Origin: Felis catus | Lineage: Eukaryota | Direction: 5' to 3' | Length of the DNA: 64,000 nucleotides | Assembly: GCF_018350175.1 (NCBI RefSeq) | Contig: NC_058368.1 | Span: forward strand, 228,348,001-228,412,000 | Shown here: piece after piece, positions 25,380 to 38,404 of the stretch | Position numbering within the stretch: position 1 is the first letter of the stretch | Layout: every line of letters starts with the position of its first letter | The notes under the pieces: generated by a model | Database searches by the model: none | The model's input: the letters and a program-made list of their open reading frames with translations, nothing else | What the model was told of the DNA's origin: nothing | Position numbers and translations under genes: made by a program

Positions 25380-25710
25380 GCCAGCATCTGCCTGGAATGT
25401 TCTTTGCCAGCCTCATTGCATGGCTTGTTCATTGTTAACACTCAGGTTTCAGAGCAGCCCTATGTGATTGCCCTGTTTAACTGGGTCCTCATCTTATTGT
25501 CCATTTCAGGTGGACAGCTTTCTTCCTAGAACTTGCCACAGTTTGTAGTTACTTTTTTATTTATCAGTCATGTGTTTGTTTATGTCTATACCACTAGAAT
25601 ATGATAAAGTGAGGGTGGGGCTCTTGACAGTCTTGTGAATGGGTCTATTCCAGCTGAATGCCTGGCACAAAATAGCATGTAATCAATATTGGGTGGGTGA
25701 ATGAATTGGA
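25380..25710 (+). mobile_element. L2 fragment
   Basis: tctgcctggaatgttcttt ... tgcctggcacaaaatagcatgtaatcaatattgg..tgaatgaat. Confidence 0.6.
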
Positions 25711-28657
25711 GAATCAATGACAAGGAAGATTGGGTCTGATTCCCAGAGATTTGGGAGTACCTGGAGGTAGACAAAGACGGTTGAGTGAGAGGTGAAGGAG
25801 TGACTAGTCTCTTTGTGCCCAGTGTCCCAAGAGTGCCCCACCACTTTTCACATTTCTTCTATGCTATTCAAAAGTACTTGTCATGGCATAGGCCCCCCAA
25901 ATTGTCGGTTGCTATTAAGTCATGAAGTCAGATTTCCTGGGAATGATTACAAAACCCTATACAGTCACTGTTCGTAGTCAAATGCCCTCCTGAGGACATG
26001 GTGAAATCCTTGCCTCATCTTTTACATTGTATAAGAGTATAAGAATATAAGAATATGCTTTTGTATAAGATACTTCTAATATACATAGAAAGAATATGCT
26101 TTTGACAAGCTACTCAATCACGCAATATAACTAATGATCATTTTAAGTAAAATTTTTGTAGAGAATGTAAATCTCATATAATTCAATTTATTGTGGACAA
26201 AATGCCTAGCATATGCTGGGACCCATGAAGGAAATGTTCAAAAAGAACTTATTACTATTATTACTGTTCAAAAAGAACTTATTACTTCCTGTTGAAATAC
26301 CTTAATTAACCAAGTATTATTTAGGAGAATCTGGAATTTAACATCAAAATGAGTATATATGTGATATACCAAAAACATCAACGTAGGTTAGAGTTGTTAA
26401 TAGCAGTCATTTAAAGACTAAAGCTTAACTATTGTTTCAATGGAAGGAGAGAATGAAAGAAGATGTGGGAATCCTGTTGAGGTTTGTAATGGTCAAAAGG
26501 ACCTACTGTGGGTTGAGATCAGGGTCTCCTCTGAAACAAGTTATTCCTGACACTGGCCATCTATTCTTAGTAAGGCCTATGGGACTCAGTCTCTCTTGTT
26601 TGTCCAGGGGTGTCAGATTAACTAAATTTATAGCATTCTATGTTAATTTACTTTTTTTTTCTCCTTAGATCCTAATAAAGTCTTTAATGCTTCAGCCTTG
26701 TTTTAGCTAGAAGCGAGAAAAAGGTGGCGTCATCTCCACTTTGGATGATAGTACATTGAGAGAATTGCTACTTCTATGCTCTCTATGATGACTTAGTTCT
26801 GATCTGGGAGAGATTCCCTAGGGGAATGTGATTCTTGGCTTCCATTCAGGTACTCCGATTGGCTGTCCTTTCCCATCTGGAGTGCTGTGTTTTGTTCATA
26901 GTGTAGAAGTCAGTGATGCCTATAGACTCTGCTTATAACCAATTTGGTTCCTTTGCTTTCCCTTCTGGATATTTGTTTCAGCCAGCATTGTTTTGTCTTC
27001 TTTCTTATGATATCTGGTATCTCATATCATATTTCCCATCTGGTTACCACCTTCTGTCTGTTTGGCTCCTGGGCTGCAACCCGTGTCTCTCTTGGCTGGA
27101 CCTACCAAGACCTGGTGTCTTGTCCCAGGAAAGTTGGCGAGCTGACCTATCTGCCTATCTGTAGCCTTGGATTTTAAGACCATGTGGATGGTGGAGAAGC
27201 ATGGAAGAAGAAGGTTAATCTTTGTGGGAAGGTTGAATCTATAGGGTACCTCAGTATTTTACTTGTTGGTGAGTTGCATTTTTGTATTCTTACTTTGTTA
27301 CTTATTTTATTACAATTCAGTGATATTCTAGAACACATTTGCTACATTAATTTCATCCACAACACATCTGCTAACTAATTTCACTTTGCTTAAGAAACTT
27401 GTGGCAACAGTGCTTTAGGGAATGTGTATAACTGAGTGTATATGTCTGTACATACAACACATATGCACACAATATTTTGCCCATACTTAGAATAAAATCC
27501 CAAGTGTTTTTATTTTGTGATAATTAGAAAAATAACCTATATGGTTTTCAAAGAGTTTAATGTTATTGAATTCCTTAACCACAAAATATTTTCTGAGGTT
27601 TTTATCTATAGACTTTTTGAAAATGATACGGTTCTCTTGATAATTCCCTGGCCCACTTGTTTATCAGTTTGCCATGAAGTAGATGGGTTTCGTTATAATC
27701 GTAAACAAATTTGAAACTCTGTATGAACAATGATAAGCTGTAGGAAAGCACCACTGCTCATTTTTCCTTGTCTTCGAGATGGAATTAAATCAATACATTT
27801 TACACTATTGATTTAGGTGGGATGGTATTTTTAAATCTCTATGTATATATGATACCTATGACCTTGTATTTATATTTGCCACCAGGTTATTGAACAACCA
27901 AAGTGACACTTTAATATTTATGCTTGAAAGAGTTATAAGTATCACACTAATTCATAGAGTAAAAGAACTTAACTCTTGTTACTAAGTCAATAAAAGAATA
28001 CATACTACAAGAACTTATTTAAGGGACTTTAAATACTTAATCAAACCATCGTAAATCAAATCAAACCATTTTTTTTTAATGTAGGTTTAGTTTATCTACA
28101 TGTAATAATACTTCTATCAAGTACTTGATCAATTGCAAATTGGTTATTGTTTTAACTGACTAACAGTTTTTCACATTTGCTTTAAGGATGAGTTTAAGTC
28201 AACCAAGGATGATCAGATAATATTTGATTTACTGACCATAAGACTTAGCTCCATATGAAATTTCAGTTTCTTTTCATGTATACCTCTTTTTCATAAATCT
28301 TTGGGTGACTTCCTCTTTGGCAATCCTTTTCTTGTTTTGTAAATCATTTGAATGTTGGTTTGTAAAACTAGATATAGTTCTATCTATGACATGACAGATC
28401 AAAGTTGTAAAGAAACACATCTGTCAAAATGCTGATTTAATATTTTAAAGACCAATATGGGTGTTTGCTGAATTCTCTTCACAATTCTAAATTTAGCCCA
28501 AACCAATTTTATCTGGGCAAAGTCTAAATCTAAATTCACTTTGTTATTTCTGATTTTCTTTATTGGCATGTTTAGATTCATTGGCTAAAACAGAGCTCAT
28601 GCATTTTTGCCCAAGAATGGAAGCTTCTTCTTGCCTTTGCCAAGCCGATAGGTAAAG

Positions 28658-28659
<2 letters not shown>

Positions 28660-28699
<40 letters not shown>
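28660..28699. repeat. (TG)n microsatellite
   Basis: Direct reading. Confidence 0.97.
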
Positions 28700-28704
<5 letters not shown>

Positions 28705-28754
28705 GCACGTTGCCACATTTCAAAGGCAATCAGACATGTTTGAAAATGTCTTTT

Positions 28755-28804
28755 GTTTCTTTTTTTCTTTTATTTAAAAAATTTTTTTAAATGTTTGTTT
28801 TTGA

Positions 28805-28845
<41 letters not shown>

Positions 28846-29015
28846 AGAGCATGAGTGGTGGAGGGGCAGAGAGAGAGGAAGACACAGAATCAGAAGCAGG
28901 CTCCAGGCTTCGAGCTGTCAGCACAGAGCCCAATGTGGGGCTAGAACTCACGAACCATGAGATCATGACCTGAGCCGAAGTCAGACGCTTAAGTGACTGA
29001 GCCACCCAGGCATCC
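28755..29015 (-). mobile_element. CAN-SINE with compound (GT)n(GA)n tail
   Basis: TSD tgaaaatgtctttt at 28741 and 29016. Confidence 0.95.
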
Positions 29016-29864
29016 TGAAAATGTCTTTTTAAAGTAGGTGGGAGCAGAAAAAAATGCTATGAATTTCATTGAGTAACAGTTTTTATTAATGCCATGAAAT
29101 GATATAGTTGCTTATCAATACTGAAGACATTAAATTTCTATGAAAAACTTTTTATATAGGAGAACCAAGAGACGTCTTTTATGCTGATAGACATAAACTA
29201 GCCTTGGCATGAATTTGGCTTGGAATCAACCCCTGCTCCCTGAAGCGCCTTCTGATTTAGTCCTATGTGGTCTGTGAGAATCAACCCAGCATGAGAGAAT
29301 TGACTCACCGTCATTTTATTTGATCATGTTGATGATAGACATGGACTTGATCATTGTATGAACCTTGTTTAAACATTTTTCATTAAAATTTTTGAAGTAA
29401 TTGTTATGACCAGCCTGGCTCTCTGCCTCAGAATAAGCTCTTTGCTCAGAGGTGGGATTTCAAGTCTTTTACTGGTAGTTTTTAGTCTCATGCCAGCCTT
29501 GGTAAAAGTCTTATCCCTGCACAGAGTTTTCGGAGACTTTTTTCAGTAGCTCAGATGTTCTCATCCTTATATTGTGTCCCCATTCAGATAAATAAGTGCC
29601 TCTTTTGTTTCTGTGATGACATCTTCTCATTGTAATTCGCCATTCTGGTTGTGAAGTCTTACGCACCCACTCATGAAACTCTCCTGCAAAAAGATCCCAT
29701 GACCGAAGCTCTATGCCTGCTTATCAGCATAGAGCTTGTAATGCAACCATTGCCTAGACTGCTCACTACAGTGCTCTGGTATTCAGACATCACCTGTTAC
29801 TCTTTTCTGGAACATTCCTGATATCAGCGGTCTGCCTCAGGGTCATTTTTACTCCTAGCGTTCG

Positions 29865-30225
29865 CTGTCTGTGTAAGGCTAGGTTATACTGCAGCGAATT
29901 AATTTAGCATCTCAGTTGGTAATACAGATTTTTTTCTTGCTTATGCTGTAACCAGTGTAGGTTGTTGGTGGTAGTCAGAGACCCAGACTCACAGAAGTGC
30001 CATCATGTTGTGACCCTGGCATCTCAGAATGTAGATCACTGCAGCAGGGGACACATGCATGAAAAATTCACATCCACTTTTATACACCTCAAATCAGAAG
30101 GAGCACACATCATTCCTACACATAGTGTATTGTCTGGAATAGTCACAAAGCCCCTGCTAATGCAAGAGAACTGGGACATGGGGAGAAGCACATGGATGTT
30201 GGTGACCAGTACATGTCTCTCTCCC
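29865..30225 (-). mobile_element. Old MaLR LTR fragment (MLT1K/L-like)
   Basis: ggctaggttatactgcag ... catcattcctacacatagtgtattgtctggaatagtcacaaagccc, recalled MLT1 motifs. Confidence 0.45.
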
Positions 30226-31907
30226 TGTGCCCCCAAGACCATGCCTCACGTGGGTGGGTGATCTCATCCCATCATTAGACTATCCAGAGTAGTTGTTTCT
30301 ACTGGAAAGGGTTGATTTTGCTTTAGGGCCCAGACCATCCTGGAAGGGCTTGTACTGTGTTCTGTTTAATATATTTGCATTAGTTTCTATAAATACTGAT
30401 TGCCTCACAAGTCATTTACATGTATGGGTTTTTATGCCTTGTTTCCGTACTCACTATATAGATCCTGGTAACCCTAAAAAACAAAATAATTGCTTATACT
30501 TGCTAAAAGTATGGAAATGCCAGTGTTAACGCCTCAATCTTCAAAATTCTTATTGGTAAGATGTATCACTTGCTCTTGTAGCTTAGCTAAGCAAGTTTTC
30601 TTTATTACAAACATCCAGGCTCACAGTTCTTTATGCCAGGCAGACTTACAGGTTAAATAGTTTCTGATGGAGGGTGCCAAGTTTTGAGGTTTGTCAGTCT
30701 TGGCAGTGATGGATTTAAGACCAGGGAGACTCATTAAAATGGAGCCTCAGTCCTCAATCAGGTGTCAGTTTTCCAGCATGCGTGGCAAAACCTAAAATGT
30801 CTTCTGGGCTTGGCTGGATTTCTGATGGATTGGGTGGCCCCAAAGTGGAGCCAAGGTACATGGTTTTTACACAGTACATGGCACTGGGAACCATCGATCA
30901 TTCCAAATGGATGCTGTATGTAGTAATCAACAACATTTGGGGTAGAATTATTCCCAGGAAAGCTGTGGCCAATCTGTGATCAGTTAGGGACGTAATATGA
31001 TAACAATAGCGGTGGCCATGAGGTTGAATGTCTTTATTGTTCTAAGCCACAGACATTTTGAAATAAATGCCCAATTCATTGCACTTCAGATTGGCTAACA
31101 GGCACATGCAGGAGTGAAAGAGCAATATTTATTAGATCTAATTCTTAAATACAGTTCATTCAATAAACAGAAAGTAATCATCTAAATTTTCCCAAAGACT
31201 GTTCAAGTATTATTGTTACAGCAGCTGTTCTGGGAACATCTGTGCATCATCCATCTGTCGGTTATCTAAATCTAATTTTGCTTTGTGTTGTATTAGTTTA
31301 TCATTGCTTTAGAGTCTGAAGTTATACCTATAATATTTGGCTTAAAGAACTCTGTCTCTTCCTTTAGAGTTGGTAATAAAAGAAGGACGATATTTTCACA
31401 CCCTTTGGTATACAATTTCTTTTCTCCTATTCTGTTAATCTCCATTGTTTATTTCTTGTTACTGATGCCAACAGGAATGATTACTAGGCTGTATGTAGAG
31501 ATTTATCCCACAAATTTCAAAATTGGTGACTTTTGGAAAATATAAACCATAATACTTCCAATGTTTATTGGAGGTGTTATTTCTAAATGAAAAAACAAAC
31601 AAACAAGCAAACAAACAAAAAACCCAAAGAGGTGAAATAGTAGCAATAGGAGAGCAAATGAAAGAATTACTATTGAGCTTTAGGAGGACTTTATGCTTTT
31701 GTTAAATTGAGGGTGAGTACTAAATTTATTTGTTTTTGTAGCCTCTTACAGAAGGACATATTCAATTAACCAAAATCTAAATTCTAACATTTGTCCTGCA
31801 AACCACCCCCCACCACTATTTTCTAATATACAAGTCAGTAAACTTAAAAAAATGTACAATTTATTAAATGGAAATTTATAAATTCACTGTCTCCTTTCGT
31901 ATCACAG

Positions 31908-31942
31908 TGATTCAACATGAGAAAAAGAAAAAATAAGCTCAG
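31908..31942 (+). other. Candidate 35-nt exon with possible start codon (ATG 31917)
   Basis: Acceptor tgtctcctttcgtatcacAG, donor cag|GTAAGA. In-frame TGA upstream of aacATG. Encodes MRKRKNKL plus 2 nt. Lies in non-repetitive DNA. Product not recognised. Confidence 0.35.
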
Positions 31943-32501
31943 GTAAGAAATATTTACTCAAAAATTTATTTTACACAAAAAACAGCTGTAAACAAATTAA
32001 GAGCAAAGGAATTAATTTTAGATGTACATTGGTATGTATGGAATATCCTTGTTTTCATGGTCCAGGATATCTTATAGGTCCCTGAAATTTAGAGCTTAAA
32101 TAGAATTTAATATAATTTTAATGCCTAAATATCCTGTGTAGGTGTTTCCCTTAGATGTGAGGGACATTACTATTGTTATTGAATTAGTTACCTCATAAAA
32201 CAAAATAGCAGTTAAGATATAACATGCAGTTGTTTATTTCACATAAGTTTAGTGAGTGCTTCATGAATCTCTCAGTGTACTATTCAAGGGCCTTTTATTC
32301 TTGTCCTTGAGTGAGAACACACAAAGATTGGGAAGAGGATATTATTTCTCTGTTTCAAGGAAGTGTGTGAGATGTGTAATATCATTGGTGAGAGAATGGC
32401 CTTTTAATGAAATGGCTGTGGTCTGTTGTTATTGAGTTTAATGTTTACCATTTCAGGGCAAAAGATTGGTGCACGTTTTTTCCCTCTTTGGAAGTGCATT
32501 A

Positions 32502-32515
32502 GTTACTATGGCAAC
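32502..32515. promoter_or_regulatory. RFX X-box motif
   Basis: GTTACTATGGCAAC, near-palindromic match to GTT(A/G)(C/T)(C/T)ATGG(C/T)AAC, in unique sequence. Confidence 0.5.
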
Positions 32516-34103
32516 AATTTTATTGGCAGAAACAGAGTTTTAAAAGACTCACACATATAATATGAACTTAATTTAAGCATTGGATTGGAATTTATACCCT
32601 TTGTAGTTAGAAATAAAGACAATCACCTAGAAGTGCTTCTCTATATGGAGCTGGGGCAATGGCCAGATCATTGCATATTTATAAATCCATGCATCCAAAA
32701 CAAGGGCCTAATTGTGACCTACACAAGGGAATTTGGCTTTAAGTTGTGAAAATTTCTTCTTTATCTCTTACATCACATTAAAATTTGGGGTGTCCATTCT
32801 AATTTCTTTTTTTAACCTGCCCGACTTTAATATTTTATTCTGATCTAAACTATGACCAATATTAATCATTTTAATATTTTTTCTTTGAGAACCTGCATGG
32901 AATTATAATTTTCTCTCATTGGCAAACTTTCCTTAGCTAGAAGAATTGTATCCAATGTATTCTTCATGGCTGGATGAGACATTCTGCATTGCCAGTAATG
33001 GCTGGCCATTCGTTAGAGCACTGCACAGTCTTGACTCTCAGATTAAGCTCATGACATACATCATGAAGTGGGTATGGAAAAGAACAAGGAAGACTTTAAG
33101 TGGAAATTTTTCATGGATTCAGTTTGTAGCTGAAATAAACCAGAAGCATTCCAGACGTCAGGAGGTTTCAGTAAGCTGTTACAATTTCCTAGAAAGAAGG
33201 TTCAGTAAAAACTTTTCTTTCTCCTCCCTTCTAAGTGGCAGTTGGAGGGTAAAATGATTGATAACAGCTAAGTTGGAGGATGTAGCTTAGTGTAAAAGTC
33301 AGATGAACCAGAACCCCAGGACTGGCTCCAGTTACCTGCCCAGTTACGGAAAATGCCCGATACCAGTTGTGCCCATGTGTCCATGGAATAGCAGTCGAGA
33401 AGGTGTTTTTCCAAAGGGGAGCTTGCACCTTAGAGGGAGACGTAAAAGCTAAGCTAAACTCTCCCAGGTGTTTCTTCCTAATTCGGCAATCAGGAAATTC
33501 ACACCACCTCTGTGGGGCAGAGTGGAGAGATCACCTGAAGAGCAATATCCAGAGTTGGGCAGAAGTGGTCTCCTTAACTGTGGCTACCCGCACAGAAAGG
33601 GCAGCTTTCTTGGTCTTTGAGATTGCTCATAATTCTGAGCTTTCTTTGCATCTCTCTGTTCCACCAACATAAGGGACTTCGACAGTTTCCTTCGGGACTC
33701 AACTTTTTGATTCTTACCTGTCACCTTTCCATCTCCATCTGCCATCCCTGTGGATTTCACCATTCCCTTACCTTACTACTTCTTATTGTGTTTTTGCATG
33801 ACCAGTGGTCAGCCTTAAAGACTGCTGTCTCTTCATGCTGGACGCTCTCCCCACCCTGACCTACATCAACAACTGCTTTGCCAAGGGCCTGCCCAGGGTA
33901 CTATCTTGTTTCTCTGATCTTCTTGGATTGGCAAGTGCTTCTGGAGGAAGTCACAACCCAATGCCAATTAGTTGACCTGGAAGAAAAATGACATTAATAA
34001 TGGAGTGAGTGGTGAGGAAGAGGTTGGTTTCAGTTAACCCCTCCATTTGGAATAGCAATTCTTTCTCAATGTCTAATTGATTCTCTTTTAAAAATTCCAT
34101 CCC

Positions 34104-34312
34104 GGGGCGCCTGGGTGGCGCAGTCGGTTAAGCGTCCGACTTCAGCCAGGTCACGATCTCACGGTCTGTGAGTTCGAGCCCCACGTCAGGCTCTGGGCTG
34201 ATGGCTCAGAGCCTGGAGCCTGTTTCCGATTCTGTGTCTCCCTCTCTCTCTGCCCCTCCCCCGTTCATGCTCTGTCTCTCTCTGTCCCAAAAATAAATAA
34301 ACGTTGAAAAAA
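34104..34312 (+). mobile_element. Young felid CAN-SINE
   Basis: TSD aaaaattccatccc. Inserted in the 5' TSD of the next SINE. Confidence 0.95.
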
Positions 34313-34332
34313 AAAAATTCCATCCCACCTAT

Positions 34333-34458
34333 GGGGCTCCCGGGTGGCTCAGTTGGTTAAGCAGCCAACTTTGGCTCAGGTCATGATCTCAGTCTGTGGT
34401 TTCAAGCCCCGCATTGGGTTCTGTACTGACAGCTCAGAGCCTGGAGTCTGCTTCAGAT

Positions 34459-34500
<42 letters not shown>

Positions 34501-34514
34501 CCTCCCCGACTCAT

Positions 34515-34555
<41 letters not shown>

Positions 34556-34582
34556 AATGAATAAACATTAAAAAATTCAAAA
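34333..34582 (+). mobile_element. CAN-SINE with two expanded (CT)n tracts
   Basis: TSD aaaaa(t)tccatcccac(c/a)ta on both sides. Confidence 0.95.
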
Positions 34583-34958
34583 AAAAATCCATCCCACATA
34601 GTGATGGCTTCAAAACTTTTTGCTCTTTGCAAGAAACCACCCCCTACCCTGTCTTCTTAAAATGACCTCACTTTTTCTACTATATTGCGAGCTTAAAACC
34701 CTCTAATTTGGTGTCTCCCAACGTTCCCCTCCTGCACCTGAGGCTTTCTGTCATATTCTCTTTCCTTTCCTTTAGGAGAGGTGTAAGAGAAGTGCTTAGG
34801 TGTCATTTTCCTGTGCCTGTTCTGTCTCCTGCATGTCTCTGGGGACTCTGATTCCCTGGTGGCTCCCTTAGCTTATGCTTCTTTGAATCACTTTCTGTTC
34901 ACTGGCTCTTCCTCCTCTTCCTACAAACATGTCCAAATGCATCGATTTTAAGTTCCCA

Positions 34959-35130
34959 AGGCGTGCCTGAGTGCTCAGTGGGTTGAGTTCCAACTCTTGA
35001 TTTCAGCTCAGGTCATGATCGTGGAATCGAGCCCCATGTTGGGCTCCATGCTGAGTGTGGAGCCTGCTTGGGATTTTCCCTCCCTCCCCTGCTCATGCTC
35101 GTTCTCTCTCAAAAATAAAAATAAAAAAAA
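34959..35130 (+). mobile_element. Older, shorter CAN-SINE
   Basis: Degenerate head, ctcaggtcatgatc..ggctccatgctgagtgtggagcctgcttggga, A tail. TSD ends gttccc. Confidence 0.85.
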
Positions 35131-37217
35131 TTCAAAATGTTCCCTAGAGAGGTCTCCTCTTGTTCACAAATTCCCCCAAATTATTCTATGCTCGTTGCCT
35201 CCACTTCTTAACTGGTTTCAGTTTCCAACTCCTGAGCTGTGGGCTTAGTTTCAGCAACTCCAGGAAACATCTCTGCTGATGGACGTCTTCCTGAGGCCAC
35301 ATTTAGTACTTTCTTTCTTATCCTGTCTTCAGCCTTTGACGCTCATCAAAGACCTGTCTTTTCCCGTGTTTCCGCTTTCCTGAATGTTCTTACCATCTGT
35401 ATGGGGGAGATTTTCCTCTTTTTCTCTGTCATTTTCTACTGTTACATACTTTTAATGTCAATCTTACGACTGCTGTGGGTTCAGTCCTTGCCTGTCTGCG
35501 GATGATACTGGGCTTCCGTTCTGAATTCTGAAGCCCATTTTGCAATTCCTGCTGCTCATTTCTGGCTGGTATGGGAATGATGCCTAAAGCGCCCCATGCT
35601 TGATCATCCCATTTCCCTTCAAAAGCACTCCTTCTGAATTCTGGCTTCTGTCATTGATCAGACTTTCCTTCCAGCTCTCAAGCCCCCTTTTCTGTTTCCA
35701 TTCTTTCGGTTCCTGTTGCTCTATCTCTGCCAGGCATCTTGAGACAATCTTCCCATTTTCATTCCCACAACAACTGCCCTAGTTCATATTTCACTTGTCT
35801 ATAGTGTAGATTACTCAATCACTGCTTATTAAGTTTCTCTCCTTCAGTGCCTTCACACTCAATCTCGCCTACACACACCAGATGAACCCCCCTAAGCAAG
35901 ACTCTGTTCATGCTGTAACTTGATGTTCAAATGGAAGTTTCAGCAGCAAGAGTTTTTAGGCTATGAGCATATTTTCAAGGGAAATAACAGAGAATCAGCT
36001 TCATAGCTCTGAAATCCTCCACTCATAAGGGAGATTTTGATGAGTTCAGAGATGGAGGTTGGGGGCTGATTCTGAAGATGGGAGCTGTGCCATGAGCCCC
36101 ACTTGCCTGCAGTAGGTAGGGACGGGGATGTCTTCAAGATTAAAGAATGAAGCTTCTGCGGGGCCCCTAAGAGGCCTCAGGTCTGCTGTGGTTGGAGAAC
36201 ACAGCAGGATGGTGACTCCAGTGCAAGGAAGCTAAGGCAGCCTGTCACTGCAGAATAGAGGGCTGAGTGTGGCTGCCACTGCCCCTCTGAGCCAGAGTGT
36301 TAGCCTGGCATGGTTCAAAAGGGGGTCTGACTGAGGGGGCAGGTGTTAGGTTCCTGGTGGGGGTCAAGTAAAATGGTGTGAGGTGTATTGCCAGGGATAG
36401 ATCTGACTTGAGAGAGGGAGGCTGACAAAAGGTGAAGTCTAGCTCCTGACATAGATTTTGTAGGTAGAAGGGCCCATGGGAGACTGGAGAAAGTGCTCTG
36501 AGAGGAAATCAACTTTAAGTAGCTGTTAGGTCCAGCAATGACTGGGCTACCTCACAACAGTGCTTAGACAAGAATGGATTCTTCCAGTCACCAAGCCTTT
36601 CTTCACACCCCAACCCCCTCAACCCTGGCAGGAATAGAGACATCAGCTATTTGTGGGGGCTGCGGTCCATGGGATAGAGAGAAACGTCAGGTGCATGCTG
36701 GCCTCAGGCACCAGGCAGTCCACTGGCAGCTGGGGAGAAGGGCAAGGCATTACTTCTGGATGAAGGCGGAAGGGTTGATCGATATTACACTGGAGATTTT
36801 GCATCACTAAGTTAAGACTGTGTCTGGACAAAGTAGGTCTTTTTATTACCCAGGAGTTGGCCAAAAATGTATGAGACTTGGCAGAGTTTTCTTTCTGTAG
36901 CAGAAGGACAGCCCTGCTGAGCAGGTATAAGGACACAGTACGAGCCCCCACACCCCGACCGCCAAGAAAGGGAAAAAGTTGCTTTTATGATGAAACACCG
37001 CGAGCCTTCCTCGTGTAGTGAACTGGCTAAGATCACCTGTTTTCTCAGGGTCTGCTGCAATAGGACAGAGCTTGCACGGTGGTTTCAGAGCACTCTCTTT
37101 CTTCAGCTTTATCTTTTGTTTAGCTCAAGCTTTTCCAGCAAACATTTGAATGCCACTTTTGCTACTCGCTATGAAGTTTTGGATAGGTTACACAATCTGC
37201 TGAGGCTTTCTTTTCTT

Positions 37218-38290
37218 TTTTTCTTTTTTCTTTTATTTCTTTTCTTTTCTTTTCTTTTTTTATTTTTATTTTTATTTTTTCCAATATATGAAATTTATTG
37301 TCAGATTGGTTTCCATACAACACCCAGTGCTCATCCCAAAAGGTGCCCTCCTCAACACCCATCACCCACCCTCCCCTCCCTCCCACCCCCCATCAACCCT
37401 CAGTTTGTTCTCAGTTTTTAAGAGGCTCTTATGCTTTGGCTCTCTCCCACTCTAACCTCTTTTTTTTTTTCCTTCCCCTCCCCCATGGGTTTCTGTTAAG
37501 TTTCTCAGGATCCACATAAGAGTGAAAACATATGGTATCTGTCTTTCTCTGTATGGCTTATTTCACTTAGCATCACACTCTCCAGTTCCATCCACATTGC
37601 TACAAAGGGCCATATTTTGTTCTTTCTCATTGCCACGTAGTACTCCGTTGTGTATATAAACCACAATTTCTTTATCCATTCATCAGTTGATGGACATTTA
37701 GGCTCTTTCCATAATTTGGCTATTGTTGAGAGTGCTGCTATGGGATACAAGTGCTCCTATGCATCAGTACTCCTGTATCCCTTGGGTAAATTCCTAGCAG
37801 TGCTATTGCTGGGTCATAGGTTAACATAGTGTTGGAAGTTCTAGCATCAGCAATCAGACAACAAAAGGAAATCAAAGGCATCAAAATTGGCAAAGATAAA
37901 GTCAAGCTTTTACTTTTTGCAGATGACATGATATTATACATGGAAAATCTGATAGACTCCACCAAAAGTCTGCTAGAACTGATACATGAATTCAGCAAAG
38001 TTGCAGGATCAAAATCAATGTACAGAAATCAGTTGCATTCTTATACACTAACAATGAAGCAACAGAAAGACAAATAAACTGATCCCATTCACAATTGCAC
38101 CAAGAAGCATAAAATACCTAGGAATAAATCTAACCAAAGATGTAAAAGATCTGTATGCTGAAAACTATAGAAAGCTTATGAAGGAAATTGAAGAAGATAT
38201 AAAGAAATGGAAAAACATTGCGTGCTCATGGATTGGAAGAATAAATACTGTCAAAATGTCAATACTACCCAAAGCTATCTACACATTCAA
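37218..38290 (-). mobile_element. 5'-inverted truncated L1 (felid type) inserted in a MIR
   Basis: Minus-strand 3'UTR and ORF2 C-terminus 37218-37820 joined to a plus-strand RT-region piece 37821-38290 ([24 protein letters not shown]). TSD tgaggcttt(c/a)ttttctt at 37201 and 38291. Confidence 0.95.
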
Positions 38291-38400
38291 TGAGGCTTTA
38301 TTTTCTTATCAGGAAAGTTGTCAGTAACATGTACTCTATAGGTTTATTGTGAAGATTGAATGAGAAATGTACCTAAAACACTCAACACAATTATGGTAGT
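38291..38400. mobile_element. MIR fragment (other half at about 37160-37215)
   Basis: ataggtttattgtgaagattgaatgagaaatgtacctaaaacactcaacaca, the MIR core. Confidence 0.65.
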
Positions 38401-38404
38401 TAAC

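Noticed and set aside
26235..26286. CRISPR-like repeat-spacer
   Set aside because: Only two copies, an 8-bp spacer, mammalian context and no cas genes.
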